Below are positions 34,549-45,266 of a DNA stretch of 64,000 nucleotides, one piece after another (position 1 is the first letter of the stretch; every line of letters begins with the position of its first letter). Source of the stretch: a virus; IMG/VR virus record IMGVR_UViG_3300037010_001749, positions 21,896 to 85,895 of that record. The stretch is one strand, 5' to 3'. The notes below the pieces were generated by a model that made no database searches, had not been told where the DNA came from, and saw only the letters and a list, made by a program, of their open reading frames with translations. The translations under genes and the position numbers were made by a program.

Positions 34549-37500
34549 TCACTTGGTTTCCTTTGCCAGTGAGCGGGCCACACGTGCCCGCAGCTTCTCA
34601 AACTGCACCATCTCATCGGTAATCTCGTCGAGCACCTCGTCGTAATAGTTGACATCGGGGCAGGTGGCGATCTGGTTGTGCAATTCCGCGATGGCCAGGC
34701 CCAGGCCCTCGTGGACCATCTTCAGGTTCTTGCCTGTGAAGATCACGGAGCGCACCCCATGATCTGCTTGCGCACCCAGACATCCTGCTCGCGCCGGTCG
34801 ATCAGTTCCTTCAGCGCGTCAGCCAGATCCTGGCTGTCCACGTGCTCGAAGTCTCCAGTGGGTAAACGCGCTCCGCGGTTGGCTGACAGGCCCCCCTCGT
34901 GGCGCATGCGGCGCAGCTTGCTGTGCATCGTGTGCAACTCCTCAAGGCTAAGGTTCAGTACGGTCCCCAGTCGTATGAGTAGGGCACGTCGAACCAGGCC
35001 TGCTGCGGCGACATGCCTGCTTCGAAGCGGCTCTTCCATGCCTGGCGTTCTTCCAGCGGGCCGGACTCCGCGTCATAGTGCGCCAGCTTCTTCTCGGCGG
35101 CGATGCGCTTGAGTTCGGCAAACCACACAGCCTTGTCCCAAGGCAGGCCCACCAGGTGCTTGTGGCGGTTCACCACGTTGAAGTAGATGCCGTCCTCGTC
35201 ACTGGCGAAGTAGCCGACGATGCGCTTGCCTTTGTGCTCGGTCACGGCCGGCACGCTGAAGTAGGTGTCAGCGTAGCCGCTGGCGTAGCAGGTGAGTCTC
35301 AGCTGCGTGCCGGCGATGGGGCAGTTGCGGACCTTGGCGTAGGGGCCGAGGCAGTCGAACGAGCCGCCGGGTCGGTGACCCACCGCACCGTTGGGCCAGG
35401 TGAACGTGTCGGTCGGATGTGCGTAGAACTTCTGTCCTGCCATGACCTCTCCCTAGCGGCTAAGGAACCGCGGCTTCTTCTTGCCGATGAAGTTGGCCAG
35501 GCGTTCCACCTGGTCAGTGACAGGGACAGGAACCGGCTTGGGCATCGGCGCCGGCGGCTTGGCCAGCAATGCTGCCTGCACTGCGTCCGCGCCCTCGCCC
35601 TGCTTGGGCAAGGCCGGGCGGATAGCGCTGCCAATACGGGTCGGGCTCCAGTCCTTCTGCAGCGTCACAAGGCTGCCAGTGCGCTCCAGCATCAGTCGTA
35701 CTGCGCGCCGCTGGGGCGCAGCCGGCCGTGCTCAATCAGAACCTGGATGATGAGGTTCATCTCGGCCCGGCTCGGGATGCCGAACTGTTCGTTGCGCCAG
35801 CCCTGCGCACCGTAGACGAAACGACGGACCGCGCTGCGGTGCAGCAGCTTGTCCAGCCAGTTCAGTTCATACTCGACCACGACTTCTTCGTAGCCGGAAG
35901 GACCCTTCGACCAGAAGGTAACGGAGCGGACTTGCATCAGGAGTTGTCCATTTCTTTGAAAGCCGCAGCAAGAAAGTCGACGGCGTCGGCCACGGCCTGG
36001 TCGTAGGTGTCGAGAACCGGACCGACCACGCACTCTTTGGCAAGTTGCCACCAGTGGCCGCCGTTGAGATCATCCTGGCGGAACTCGAAGCCTGCAGCCT
36101 GCAGGTGATGCACCGGAATCATGGCCACGGTGCGGACGATGGGTAGGTCTTGCATGCCTTCTCCTTAGTCCTGAGGAATCACGCAGTTGGCCACGTACAG
36201 GTCCAGCTGCGGGTTGAGGTAGTGCGCCCCTTGTGCCTCGGTCATGGCGATCTGCATGAGCAGGCCGCCGATGGAGTCTTCGATATAGGTCGACAGGAAC
36301 CACGGTGTGCGCAGGCGCTCGCATTGCGCCTCGGCCTTGGCCACCCCGTCCTTGATAGCCGGGTCTCCGAAAGTGACGTGGCCTTCGGCGACCTCACGCA
36401 GCAGGCCCTGATAGTGCCACTGCCTGGCGTAATCCCGCTGTTTGGGCGACAGCTGGTCGTAGGTCAGCAGAGCCTGGTCCAGGCCGGCGTTGAAGGCCTT
36501 GCGAGAGAACGTCGCAGGCGTCACCAACAATTCCCGGTCCCGTGTTGAAGGCTCGAGGCTTTCGTACCACGCGTCAAAGTCCATCACTTTTCCTTCCAGT
36601 TGGCGCAGCAGCGCTGCGAGATCCAGTAGTCCGCTGAGGTGTCGCAGATCAGGTACTCCTGCAGCGCCTTTCGGGCTTCAGCCCGAGTCTCGAACTCGTC
36701 GACCGTTTCGGTGTGGCCCTGGCCACGTCGGTTGATGTAGGTCATTCCCTAGCCCTGGGGAATTTCGGCAACCGAGGCAAACCAGCACTCGGTCAATGAC
36801 TCGTCGTCGTTGAAGGTCTCGAACAGGTACTCGCAAGCGGCTTCGCCGATGCCCTGCGCCGTGAACGCGTTCTCCGCCTGGACGGCGATCTTGACTGTCA
36901 CGACAAACTCTCCCGGTTTCGTAGCCATGCTTTGGTTCTCCAATCGTTGGGCAAGCGCTGCACGCGCTGCAGCCGCACCCGCGGCTCAACGCTGGCGCAG
37001 AACGCTTCGTACTGCTTGAACAAGGTCTCAGCCTGCTTGGCGTAGGCGTGCGGGGGCTTGGTGCCCCAGTAGAACTCCAGCGAAGCCTCGCTGTGCCCTT
37101 CGCTCGGGTGCCAGCAAGCGATGTAGCCGCGGTTCACCTCGTCGTAGGGCAGGAACAGTTCCAGCTCGCGCCCCTCGGGCAGACTGCGCTCCTTCAGCGT
37201 CTTGGGCGGGATGCACCGGATCAGGACCGGCACCGTGATGAGCCAGTCGGTGATGGCGTAGCGCGGTCTCACTTCAGCCGCTCCGCACGGCGCGCCATCT
37301 TCGCCGCCAGCTTCTCGCGCTTGGCCGCTTCGACCTCGCGGTTGTGCTTGGCGATTTCCATCTGGAGGAGAGCCTGCTGCGCCCTGTTGGCGGTGCTGTT
37401 GCTGCGGTTCGGCCGACCAGTCTTTGACGCCTTCATGCCGCTGCTCGCGGCAGCTGCCATGAGCATAGCGCTGAGGCTAAGGCTGAATTTCTTGAGTCCG

Positions 37501-39108
37501 TTGAACATGGAGTTCTCCTTAGGGTTGGGGAGCCGCGTAGTGCCGCGCAGCTTCCAGTTCGACAAGTGCTGTGATGGTGCGGTGCTTCTCGGTTTCTGCC
37601 ACATCAATCTCGAAGAGCGTGTCTCCCGCTTTGCCGCACTGCACGACGTAGGCGTCACGCCAGGCCTCGGAGTAGAACCACTGCGTCTTTGGGTTTGTCG
37701 GGCTGTTGAGCGCGACGACGTAGATCTTCATGGTCACTCCTTAGGGTTAGGCAAAAGGTAGGTTCAGCATGGCGCCAGCGCCGTGCAGGATGCTGATGAT
37801 CTTCTCGCCGGCGCTTCGCGTCGGCAAGGGGCCGGATATATGCTGCTGGCCGTCCACGTCGAAGACGTAGAAGGGCGGATATCGCCCTTCGGTCTCGTTC
37901 GTAGACTGCACGCCGCTGCCATCTGGTGTGTCTTCGCCATCAATGGCAAGCCACCTGCGTGTCAGGTCGGGAGTGGTCATCACGCCCCCACCAGGTGGGC
38001 ACGCTTTTCCAGCTCGAACAGGTGGCGATCACGGCCAGGCTCCAGCACCACGCCGCGGGCACGCTCCCGGGCCCGGTCGGCTTCCAGCGTCGTGTCGCCA
38101 GTCTTCGGGCCGCTGGCCAGCGCCGCGGCCGCAGCCACACGCTCAGCCGCCTTGGCCTTGCGCTCCATGCGCCTGGTGTAGTCCAAGCCACGAATGATCT
38201 CGTCGCCCCAGGCTTCAGCATCAGCTGCGCCCAGGAACTCGACATCGAAGCCGCCCATACGGGCTGTGGCAAGTGTGTAGCGGCTGGCCCGGTCGATGAT
38301 TTCCTGGCCGTGCCGGAACTGGTCCAGGTACTGGGCTGGGCAGACGAAGATCTGCTGCACAGGGCTGGCGCCGAGGGCAATGGCCGTGATGTCGTTCAGG
38401 GTGGCGCCTTCGATGATGGCGTCGACCGTGTCAGGGTGCCGCAGCACGACCGTGAACAGGTTCGGGGGCAGGTAACCGGTTTGCTGGTTCATCATGAACT
38501 CCTTAGTCCCTAGGGACCGCTTGGTTGACGGCTGGGGCACTCCCCAGCCGGGTTGTTTCACCGGCCGTCGGCCGGTGTCTTCTCGCCGCGGATGTCCACA
38601 AGGCCGAGAGCCTCGCCGTACGTCCAATGGGCTCTGACTTCGTGTACCAGGAAGCCCTGGTCTCGCGCCTGGTAGATCAGGTCCACCATCTTGCGCTGGA
38701 TGTCTTTCAGCGCGAGCGGCAGAGGGGTGTAACTGGTCATGGGTGTTTCCGCGGCTGGGGCAGGTCGCCTTCTTTGGGCAAAGCATTCCAGGCCTTGCGC
38801 TCGGCGTAGCCGCCGAGAAGGTAGCCAACAGCGAAGAGGGCGAGACCGAGAGCCACGAAGATGCCGGCCGACAGAGCGATGAACATGTCCATGTGGGCTC
38901 CTTAGGGTTGGGGAAGGTCGAGCTTGAAGACGGCGTGCTGCGTGGCAAGACACGCAAGGTGCCCGGCGTCCACGCTGGCCCGGCAAGCGTGGTACGGCTG
39001 CGCCCGTTCGTCGAAGAACAGGCACTGGCAACAGTGCGGATTGCCTGGGTGTTCCTCGGGGTGTGCAGGAACAACGACAAGTCGAACAGGAAAGCCCAGG
39101 ACGTTCAT
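34549..39108 (-). other. Run of small hypothetical early ORFs (e.g. 34549-34755, 34955-35443, 35453-35692, 35692-35937, 35937-36155, 36165-36587, 36898-37272, 37269-37508, 37519-37737, 37747-37983, 37980-38495, 38558-38740, 38902-39108)
   Basis: Consecutive minus-strand ORFs, many preceded by the TAAGGAG motif. Confidence 0.65.
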
Positions 39109-39335
39109 AGCACGCGCTCCAAGAGGTGTTTGCGCTCCCGGTCGGCGTAAGCGATCAGCTGCGCCATCTTCGAGAGCTTGTCGGCCATCAAAAACCTCCA
39201 GTGATTGAAAGAGCCACTTGTCGGCCCCATCGGTAGGCAGTCGGGCTGCCCTGCGGGTCCCGCAAGTTGTCGACGATGTAGTCGACGAAGCCCAAGCAGA
39301 AGTATTTCACAGCTTGCCAGGTTTGCAAAATGTGA

Positions 39336-39782
39336 TCAGTCACCGTAGGCCTCCTTAGCATTGAGGAGCCAGAGGATCATCGGCTCGGGGTCCGGCGGAT
39401 TGCCGTTGGTTCCCTTGGAGTAGGGGCTGTGGTGCTCGCCGCTCATGAGGCGGTCACAAGCCGTGTTGCCGCGCACCTCGTGCAGCGGGCACTCCTCGCA
39501 CTCCGGAGTGCCGGACCAATCCGGGTCGTCCACTTCACGCTCCTCCGCGTCGGTGTCGTAATGCTTCGCGCACAGCGCGCAGCTTTTGGCATCGATTCTG
39601 AGGGCAGATTCGCGTCCCTCCCCGGTAACAACGCCATCTGTGAAGCTGACGCCGTGCTTGGCCAGATTCTCGGGCCGCAGGCCGATCCACTTCTGCAGGC
39701 TGTGCGCCGTGGGCTTGGCCCTGGCCTCAGGCGAGTCGGCACAGCAGGGGTAGAACTCCTTTGACCAGGTTTTATAGCTCAT
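39336..39782 (-). CDS. Cys-rich hypothetical protein
   Basis: SL.KW.GL, CALC, CEECPL. Confidence 0.75.
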   Translation of the reverse strand: MSYKTWSKEFYPCCADSPEARAKPTAHSLQKWIGLRPENLAKHGVSFTDGVVTGEGRESALRIDAKSCALCAKHYDTDAEEREVDDPDWSGTPECEECPLHEVRGNTACDRLMSGEHHSPYSKGTNGNPPDPEPMILWLLNAKEAYGD

Positions 39783-39794
39783 TTCAAGCTCTCC

Positions 39795-40349
39795 TTAGCG
39801 TTGAGGACGGGCGTTCTTGCCCTTGGTGGTGATAGCGCCCTGGGCGTTGAGATAGCCCAGGGCGATAAGGGAGCGCTTCGCAAGCGCGAAGCGCTCGGTC
39901 GAGATGCCGCGGCGCCGCAGTTCGTCGGCCCGTGCGAAGCTCTTCAGCCCACACGTCACGTCAAGCACCTGCAGTTCGTCGGCCGACAGAGTCGGGCCCG
40001 GCGCCGGCAGCAAAGGCGCCGCGTTGTCCGGATGAACGTAGACCGTCGGGTCCATGTACTTGCCGCAGAAGCAGCACGACTCAACGATGGCGAAGCCTGG
40101 CTTCAGGTGGATGTTCTTGTCCTTGCGACAGCTGAACCAGGGCGGGCTCCACGCATCGGTGACGCTGGCCATGCGGCCCGTGGCCAGTTCCAATGCGTCG
40201 TACTGGTAGCGAGTGCCACCGTCCCACACGCCAGCGTATGCCGGGATGTGCACTTCCGTGGTGGCGTGCAACTTGACAGACTTTCGTCCTGTGATGCCGC
40301 GCAAGTGCAGCGGCAGTTCCTTGGTGTCAACGTGAATGGCTTGGCTCAT
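39795..40349 (-). CDS. Conserved phage early protein
   Basis: WDGGTR..Y; GAIT.KG.NA; AGGAG RBS. Confidence 0.75.
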   Translation of the reverse strand: MSQAIHVDTKELPLHLRGITGRKSVKLHATTEVHIPAYAGVWDGGTRYQYDALELATGRMASVTDAWSPPWFSCRKDKNIHLKPGFAIVESCCFCGKYMDPTVYVHPDNAAPLLPAPGPTLSADELQVLDVTCGLKSFARADELRRRGISTERFALAKRSLIALGYLNAQGAITTKGKNARPQR

Positions 40350-40434
40350 GGCTAACTTCTCCTTTGACTGACCACTATGGCCAGTGGCAAGCGTTGGCGC
40401 TTGCCACTACCCACGAGGGATAGCGGTGCGTGCT

Positions 40435-40830
40435 TTACTCCGCAAGGTTCGTGGCGGGCATCTCCTTAGTACTAGGGACCGGAGCAGGCAGCACTCGCCG
40501 CGCCAGGTCATCGATGAGTTGGGCCACGACCGTCGGCACGCTGTCAAGGGTCTGGTCGTCGTCCAGGCGCCTGAGCCTGCGGTCGCGCTTGATGGCGATG
40601 GTGTGCTTGGCTACCGTTGTCGTGCCGTTCGCGTACACCTTAACGGTCATGGGGCGGCCGCTCAGGCTCTGTACGATCCAGGAAGGGTGCTTCAGGGCTC
40701 GGCTGTTGGCCCGGCCAGCCAGAAGCCTTGGGTCTGCTCCGGCCTTGGGGCGGTCAAGCACCAGGACGACAGCTCCGGCGTCATTCCCGGAAATAACAAG
40801 GGCTTTGCAGCCCGGTTCGATCGGTTTCAT
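40435..40830 (-). CDS. Hypothetical protein
   Basis: TAAGGAG RBS. Confidence 0.7.
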   Translation of the reverse strand: MKPIEPGCKALVISGNDAGAVVLVLDRPKAGADPRLLAGRANSRALKHPSWIVQSLSGRPMTVKVYANGTTTVAKHTIAIKRDRRLRRLDDDQTLDSVPTVVAQLIDDLARRVLPAPVPSTKEMPATNLAE

Positions 40831-40845
40831 GCTGGCTCCTTAGGG

Positions 40846-41229
40846 TTAGGGAGTCAGGCTGCGCCGCTTGGCGCAGCCACGTGCGTACTCGGTGCCGGCC
40901 GCGTCCGTGGCCAGCGTGATGAGACCGTGGGCCATCTGGTTGTGGTCGAACCAGAGGAATAGCCAGGCACGCTGGCCGTACACCACGCAGGCCTCACCAT
41001 CGGCCGGCGTCTCGCTCCGGCACAGCTCCGTGTAGAGGACAGGGCGGCAGCCGTGCGGCATCTCGCCCAGGTCGTGAGCCGTCAGCGGGTCGCGGCAAGC
41101 CACAAGGTCGGGGGCCTGGGCCATGCCTGCGCAGGCCGCTACTGCGCGCTCGGCCTCAGCGTGGAAGTAGACGCCAGACCAGAAGCAGTCGGCCATGGTG
41201 GCATGGGCATGGCCAAAGAAGTTGTGCAT
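40846..41229 (-). CDS. Hypothetical protein
   Basis: TAAGGAG RBS. Confidence 0.65.
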   Translation of the reverse strand: MHNFFGHAHATMADCFWSGVYFHAEAERAVAACAGMAQAPDLVACRDPLTAHDLGEMPHGCRPVLYTELCRSETPADGEACVVYGQRAWLFLWFDHNQMAHGLITLATDAAGTEYARGCAKRRSLTP

Positions 41230-41238
41230 GGCGGCTCC

Positions 41239-41700
41239 TTAGGCGTTAAGGAGAAAGGAGAGGACAGCGACCATCTCCCGGGCCTGGTCGGGCATCACGT
41301 AGTCGATGCCCGACTCACCGGGCCTGACGTCGGCCATGAGGTCGATCGACACCCGCTCGAAGGCAAGCAGGCGCAGATGGCTGCGTATGGCCGACTCGTT
41401 CCGGGCGGTCACCCACATAGGTGGCGCGCTCGGGCTGTCGTCGATGGTCAGCTGATAGACCTTGGGGCTCCGCTGGGCCCGGTCCTCGGGCCAGCCGAAA
41501 ACCTTGGCCGCCTCGTGGGCCAGCCAGCATTCGAAATCGCTGCAGCTGCCGTCCAGGGTCTTGCGGCCCTCCAGGTAGGCCCAGACAACCTCGAGGGTGC
41601 GGGCAGCGAAGTCGCGGGGGTCGGGGCAGAAGTTGGGCTCGCGGTCCATGCGCTCTGCGCAGGCACCGCGGACGAACATGCGGAGATGGTTGAGTTCCAT
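41239..41700 (-). CDS. Hypothetical protein
   Basis: TAAGGAG RBS. Confidence 0.7.
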   Translation of the reverse strand: MELNHLRMFVRGACAERMDREPNFCPDPRDFAARTLEVVWAYLEGRKTLDGSCSDFECWLAHEAAKVFGWPEDRAQRSPKVYQLTIDDSPSAPPMWVTARNESAIRSHLRLLAFERVSIDLMADVRPGESGIDYVMPDQAREMVAVLSFLLNA

Positions 41701-41728
41701 GTAGATGCTCCTTAGGGTTGGGGAAGGG

Positions 41729-41965
41729 TCAGCGCAGGTTGATGTAGCCGGGCATGCCCACAGCTCGGGCGAACAGGTTTGCGTCGTGCCTGTTCGCAAG
41801 GTGTTGGATCAGGTACTTGGACAGGCTCACGGCTTCGTCGCTGAGCCGGCGTGCCTCGATGAACTGCTCCATGGTGACCTGGTCAAAGTGACCGGTCATC
41901 GGCACGTGCTTGCCTATACGTGCTCTGAGCGGACGCGCCATGCGGCAGATCGTTTTTGGGTGCAA
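41729..41965 (-). CDS. Hypothetical protein
   Basis: TTG start after TAAGGAG. Confidence 0.5.
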   Translation of the reverse strand: MHPKTICRMARPLRARIGKHVPMTGHFDQVTMEQFIEARRLSDEAVSLSKYLIQHLANRHDANLFARAVGMPGYINLR

Positions 41966-42049
41966 GGTTCTCTCCTTAGGGGCTAGGGAAGGGGCTGGTT
42001 CGGTGGGTCTACGTGTTGCTGGTCGTAGGAGTCTCCTTAGGGTTGGGGA

Positions 42050-42400
42050 AGTAACTTAGTTACGGGGTTGGGCGAAACTGCGGAACAGAGGCGGTTACAA
42101 CTGCGTTTTTGCAGATGTACTACAGATGACAAAATTCTGGTGATTTTGCTTTTGTCAACTTGGATCCGGATTTAAGAAAAAAATAGGGGGTGGGGGGGCA
42201 GCTCCAGAGCGCTTTTTGGCGCGTTTTCAGGCGTTTTGGGCATGGGTGGGGGGTATGCCTGAAGGACAAAACACGTGAAAAAGCCAGCTTATTACGAGGG
42301 TTTCCCTGTAGGTGTAAGTAAATCTACATAGGGTCATCTAAGATCATCTGATGCTGAGTTACAGCCGTTTTCCGAATCTGTGTGTGATTTACTGCACACT
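42050..42400. other. AT-richer non-coding segment, possible replication origin
   Basis: No good ORF; repeated GTTAC/GTAAC/TGTA words, A and G runs. Confidence 0.4.
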
Positions 42401-42432
42401 TGCGCTCTGGCCTGTGACTTCCGTCACGGCTC

Positions 42433-42464
42433 AGCCCCGGGACACTTGCGAGTGTCCCGGGGTT
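42433..42464. terminator. Strong GC hairpin (terminator or processing site)
   Basis: CCCCGGGACACT-TGCG-AGTGTCCCGGGG. Confidence 0.5.
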
Positions 42465-43585
42465 CCTTCTGTCTTGCACCGTTTTACGCGTTATCCAAGA
42501 CTCCACCGGGCGGCCAGACCCGGCTTCAAGACATAGCCCGCGAGTGAACCCTGTGCAGGCATGCATGCCTGCTCCCTAGGGGTAGGGAACACTGGCCAGC
42601 CCACAAAGTGGGCTGGGCGCTGTTCCTTACGCTCCGTACTGCAGAACCCGGAGCGTGTCGGCGTCATACCTGACTCCGGGCTCGCAGTTCACGCCGGTCT
42701 CGTCCATGTGGGTGAAGGCGGCTTCGCGGTTTTGCCCGTCCAGCTCATGCCAAGCCGCCGCGCTATCTCGCGGTGCCGCGGTTTGAATGGTAGGCCTCAG
42801 CCAGCCCTGGGCCTGGTGATAGCGCCTCATACTTGCTCCGCGCAGTCAAGGCACAGAGCCGCAAGGCAGGCGCAGATCACCGCGCCACCAAGCGCTGCCG
42901 CAGGGTGCAAGCCGTGCCCGATGTCCACGTAATCGGTCGCGAGACTTGCGAAAATGCCGATACAGGCAAGCATGCCCGTGAAAAACGCCAGAAAAACTGT
43001 GCGCATGATCAGACCTTTGCGGGTTGCAGGTTACGAATGGGCGCGGGCTTGATGGCCGCGAAGCGCTGGGCAAGGGCCTGGTTTTCCTTAGCGCTGAGGA
43101 AGCGGGCTTCCGCTTCGCGCTGCAGTTGCTCAGCCAGGCTCATGTGGGCCAGTCGGTCACTTTTCACTTTGAGCCCTTCCATGTGCGGATGGTCGAAGAT
43201 GTGTAGGCCGTGCCGATGACGTGGACCTTGGCAGGCGGCCACCTGCTAGGCTGCTGTGCCACGGGCGCCGGTCCCTTGGCCTTTGCCGTCGAATGCCACC
43301 ATGGCCGGACCGGGTCTGGTTCCCCCATGCACGTGCCCAGCGCCCACACAACCTGTAGCGTGCCCCAAATGCGAACTTCAGCGCCGGGAGTCAGCTTTGC
43401 CCTTTCGATAGCCCTGTGCATGCTTTTGGTGCGCCGGCCATAGGCACACAGAACCCCGTCGCTGGGGCAGAAAGTTTGGTAGAACATCCGTTCGTCCTTT
43501 TCGCAGGCACCATGCCTACGGGCTTCCCTAGTGCACTGGGGAAGCCCGTAGATACGGGGCCCCGGGAGCGTCCCGGGGCAGGCCC

Positions 43586-44236
43586 TCAAGCGGCAAGGGC
43601 CAGACCGTCGGCGCGTTCGGCCATCGGTGTGACCTTTGTAGCTGGGCGGATGCTTGCCAGCGCTTCGACTTGCGCTGGGGTCAAGGCGTCAGCCTTGTGC
43701 ATGGCGCACAGCTGGGCGATCACTGCATCTACGTTCAAGCCGCCGGACTCGGTGCCGGACTTGGCGCCGGACTCGGTGCCGGACTTGGCGCCGGACTCGG
43801 TGCCGGACTTGGCGCCGGACTCTGATGCTTTTGTCAACCGCTCGGCTTCGGCTTTCAGCGCCGATTGGTTTGACGTAGCAACGCTGGCAGTGATGCGGCC
43901 AAGGTCGAAGGGTTCCAATGTCACGACTCGTGCAGGCCCTTTGCCGCTAGCCACGTAGTAGTTCACGACTCCACTGCGGGCTCTGGCGAACTTCCGTAGG
44001 GTGAGAATGTAGACGTACAGCGTCTTTACCGGGCCGGACAATGACTTGTCCAACGTGGCCCACCCCGTAGCCGCAGGAAGCTCGTTTCGTTCGCAGACGA
44101 GCTGGCGGATCTCCTCGGCCAGTACTTCCATGGTAACGAAAGATTGTAGTGCTGCTTCTTGTAGCAGGGCAAACGCGGTGCCTTTGCCTTGAGCTGCAGC
44201 GTAAACGGCGATAGCTTTTTCGGAGAATTGGCGCAT
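43586..44236 (-). CDS. First leftward gene; hypothetical protein with ESGAKSGT repeats
   Basis: TAAGGA RBS, 216 aa. Confidence 0.75.
   Translation of the reverse strand: MRQFSEKAIAVYAAAQGKGTAFALLQEAALQSFVTMEVLAEEIRQLVCERNELPAATGWATLDKSLSGPVKTLYVYILTLRKFARARSGVVNYYVASGKGPARVVTLEPFDLGRITASVATSNQSALKAEAERLTKASESGAKSGTESGAKSGTESGAKSGTESGGLNVDAVIAQLCAMHKADALTPAQVEALASIRPATKVTPMAERADGLALAA
43741..43822. repeat. 24-bp tandem repeat, about 3.4 copies, in frame
   Basis: CGCCGGACTCGGTGCCGGACTTGG. Confidence 0.95.
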
Positions 44237-44774
44237 GGTATCGATCCTTAAGACTAGGGTAAATGCGGCCCGATTATTCGGGCCGGTAATCCGAAGGATT
44301 ACCCTAATGGGCGGCCATTAGGGAAACCCTCGTGAGGGTTTCGGTTTCACAAGCCGCGGGTTAGGCCCTAAACCTTACCGCGGCTAGAAACCATGAGCGC
44401 TAAGACAATGCGCATGCCTCAAAAAGTTAGCCGGGTTCTCAATTTTGACCCGTGGCTAACTTCGCTGCTATCAAAACCCGTTACAGGGTGCCTGTCTGCA
44501 CTATGCATATACATCCGCGCCTTTCGGCTGCTAATCGGGGTCATTCTTTCGCTTTTCGAATGGTTTGCACGGCGGCTATGTTCGGGGTTTTCTTTCGCAT
44601 CCTTTCCCTCGTTTGTTTCTCTTGGCACAAGGTGGCCTCACGTCCTATCTCACCGCCTAGGTGGGCGCCGGGCCCGCTATCCCGGCCGCGCCTCACGGCG
44701 CGGATTTCTGGCCTAACCCTGCCAGTCTGGTGCGCAAACCCCTAGGGGCTCACCCTAGAGATAGCGCGCTTGAG

Positions 44775-44787
44775 TTGTTAAAGAGCG
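44775..44787 (-). promoter_or_regulatory. boxA antitermination element preceded by small hairpins
   Basis: CGCTCTTTAACAA on the minus strand at the head of the leftward arm. Confidence 0.75.
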
Positions 44788-45266
44788 CTGCCGGAGCCTA
44801 CCGCCGGACTGCGCCGCGGGCTTACCGCCCGGGGCTTGCATCTATCGTTTCCTCTAGTGCATGGCTAGTAATGTATCCCTAAGCGCTAAGGAACCAATCA
44901 GGACAAACCCTAATAGGGTTTACCCCACATATAACTTCGGTGCGCGACGCATGCACGCGTTAAATAGATTCGGAATTAGCGAAACGCAATAGGGGTTTAC
45001 CCTAATGTTCTGCATTCGCTGTTTTTTCAGACCCCCATAGGGGTTAGGTACCAAAAGGCAAAAAAGGCCATAAACGGCCGTCTGATGCTTTCCAGCGGCA
45101 AAGGGTTAACCCCTAGTCTAGCTGGCCTGGTTTTTGACGGCATGTTTGTTGCCTGTTACAATTACACGCCCATTAGTAACACACTGATACGCACGCATCG
45201 GCTATTCGGCCCATGCCAGCAAGCACGCACATCCTTAGCCCTAAGGGCCATGCGGGTATCACTGGG

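Larger units (their letters stand above)
19840..45248. repeat. Dispersed 14-15 bp dyad CCTTAG-N2/3-YTRRGG, 25+ copies, mostly overlapping early-gene SD sites
   Basis: Copies listed in findings. Confidence 0.9.
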
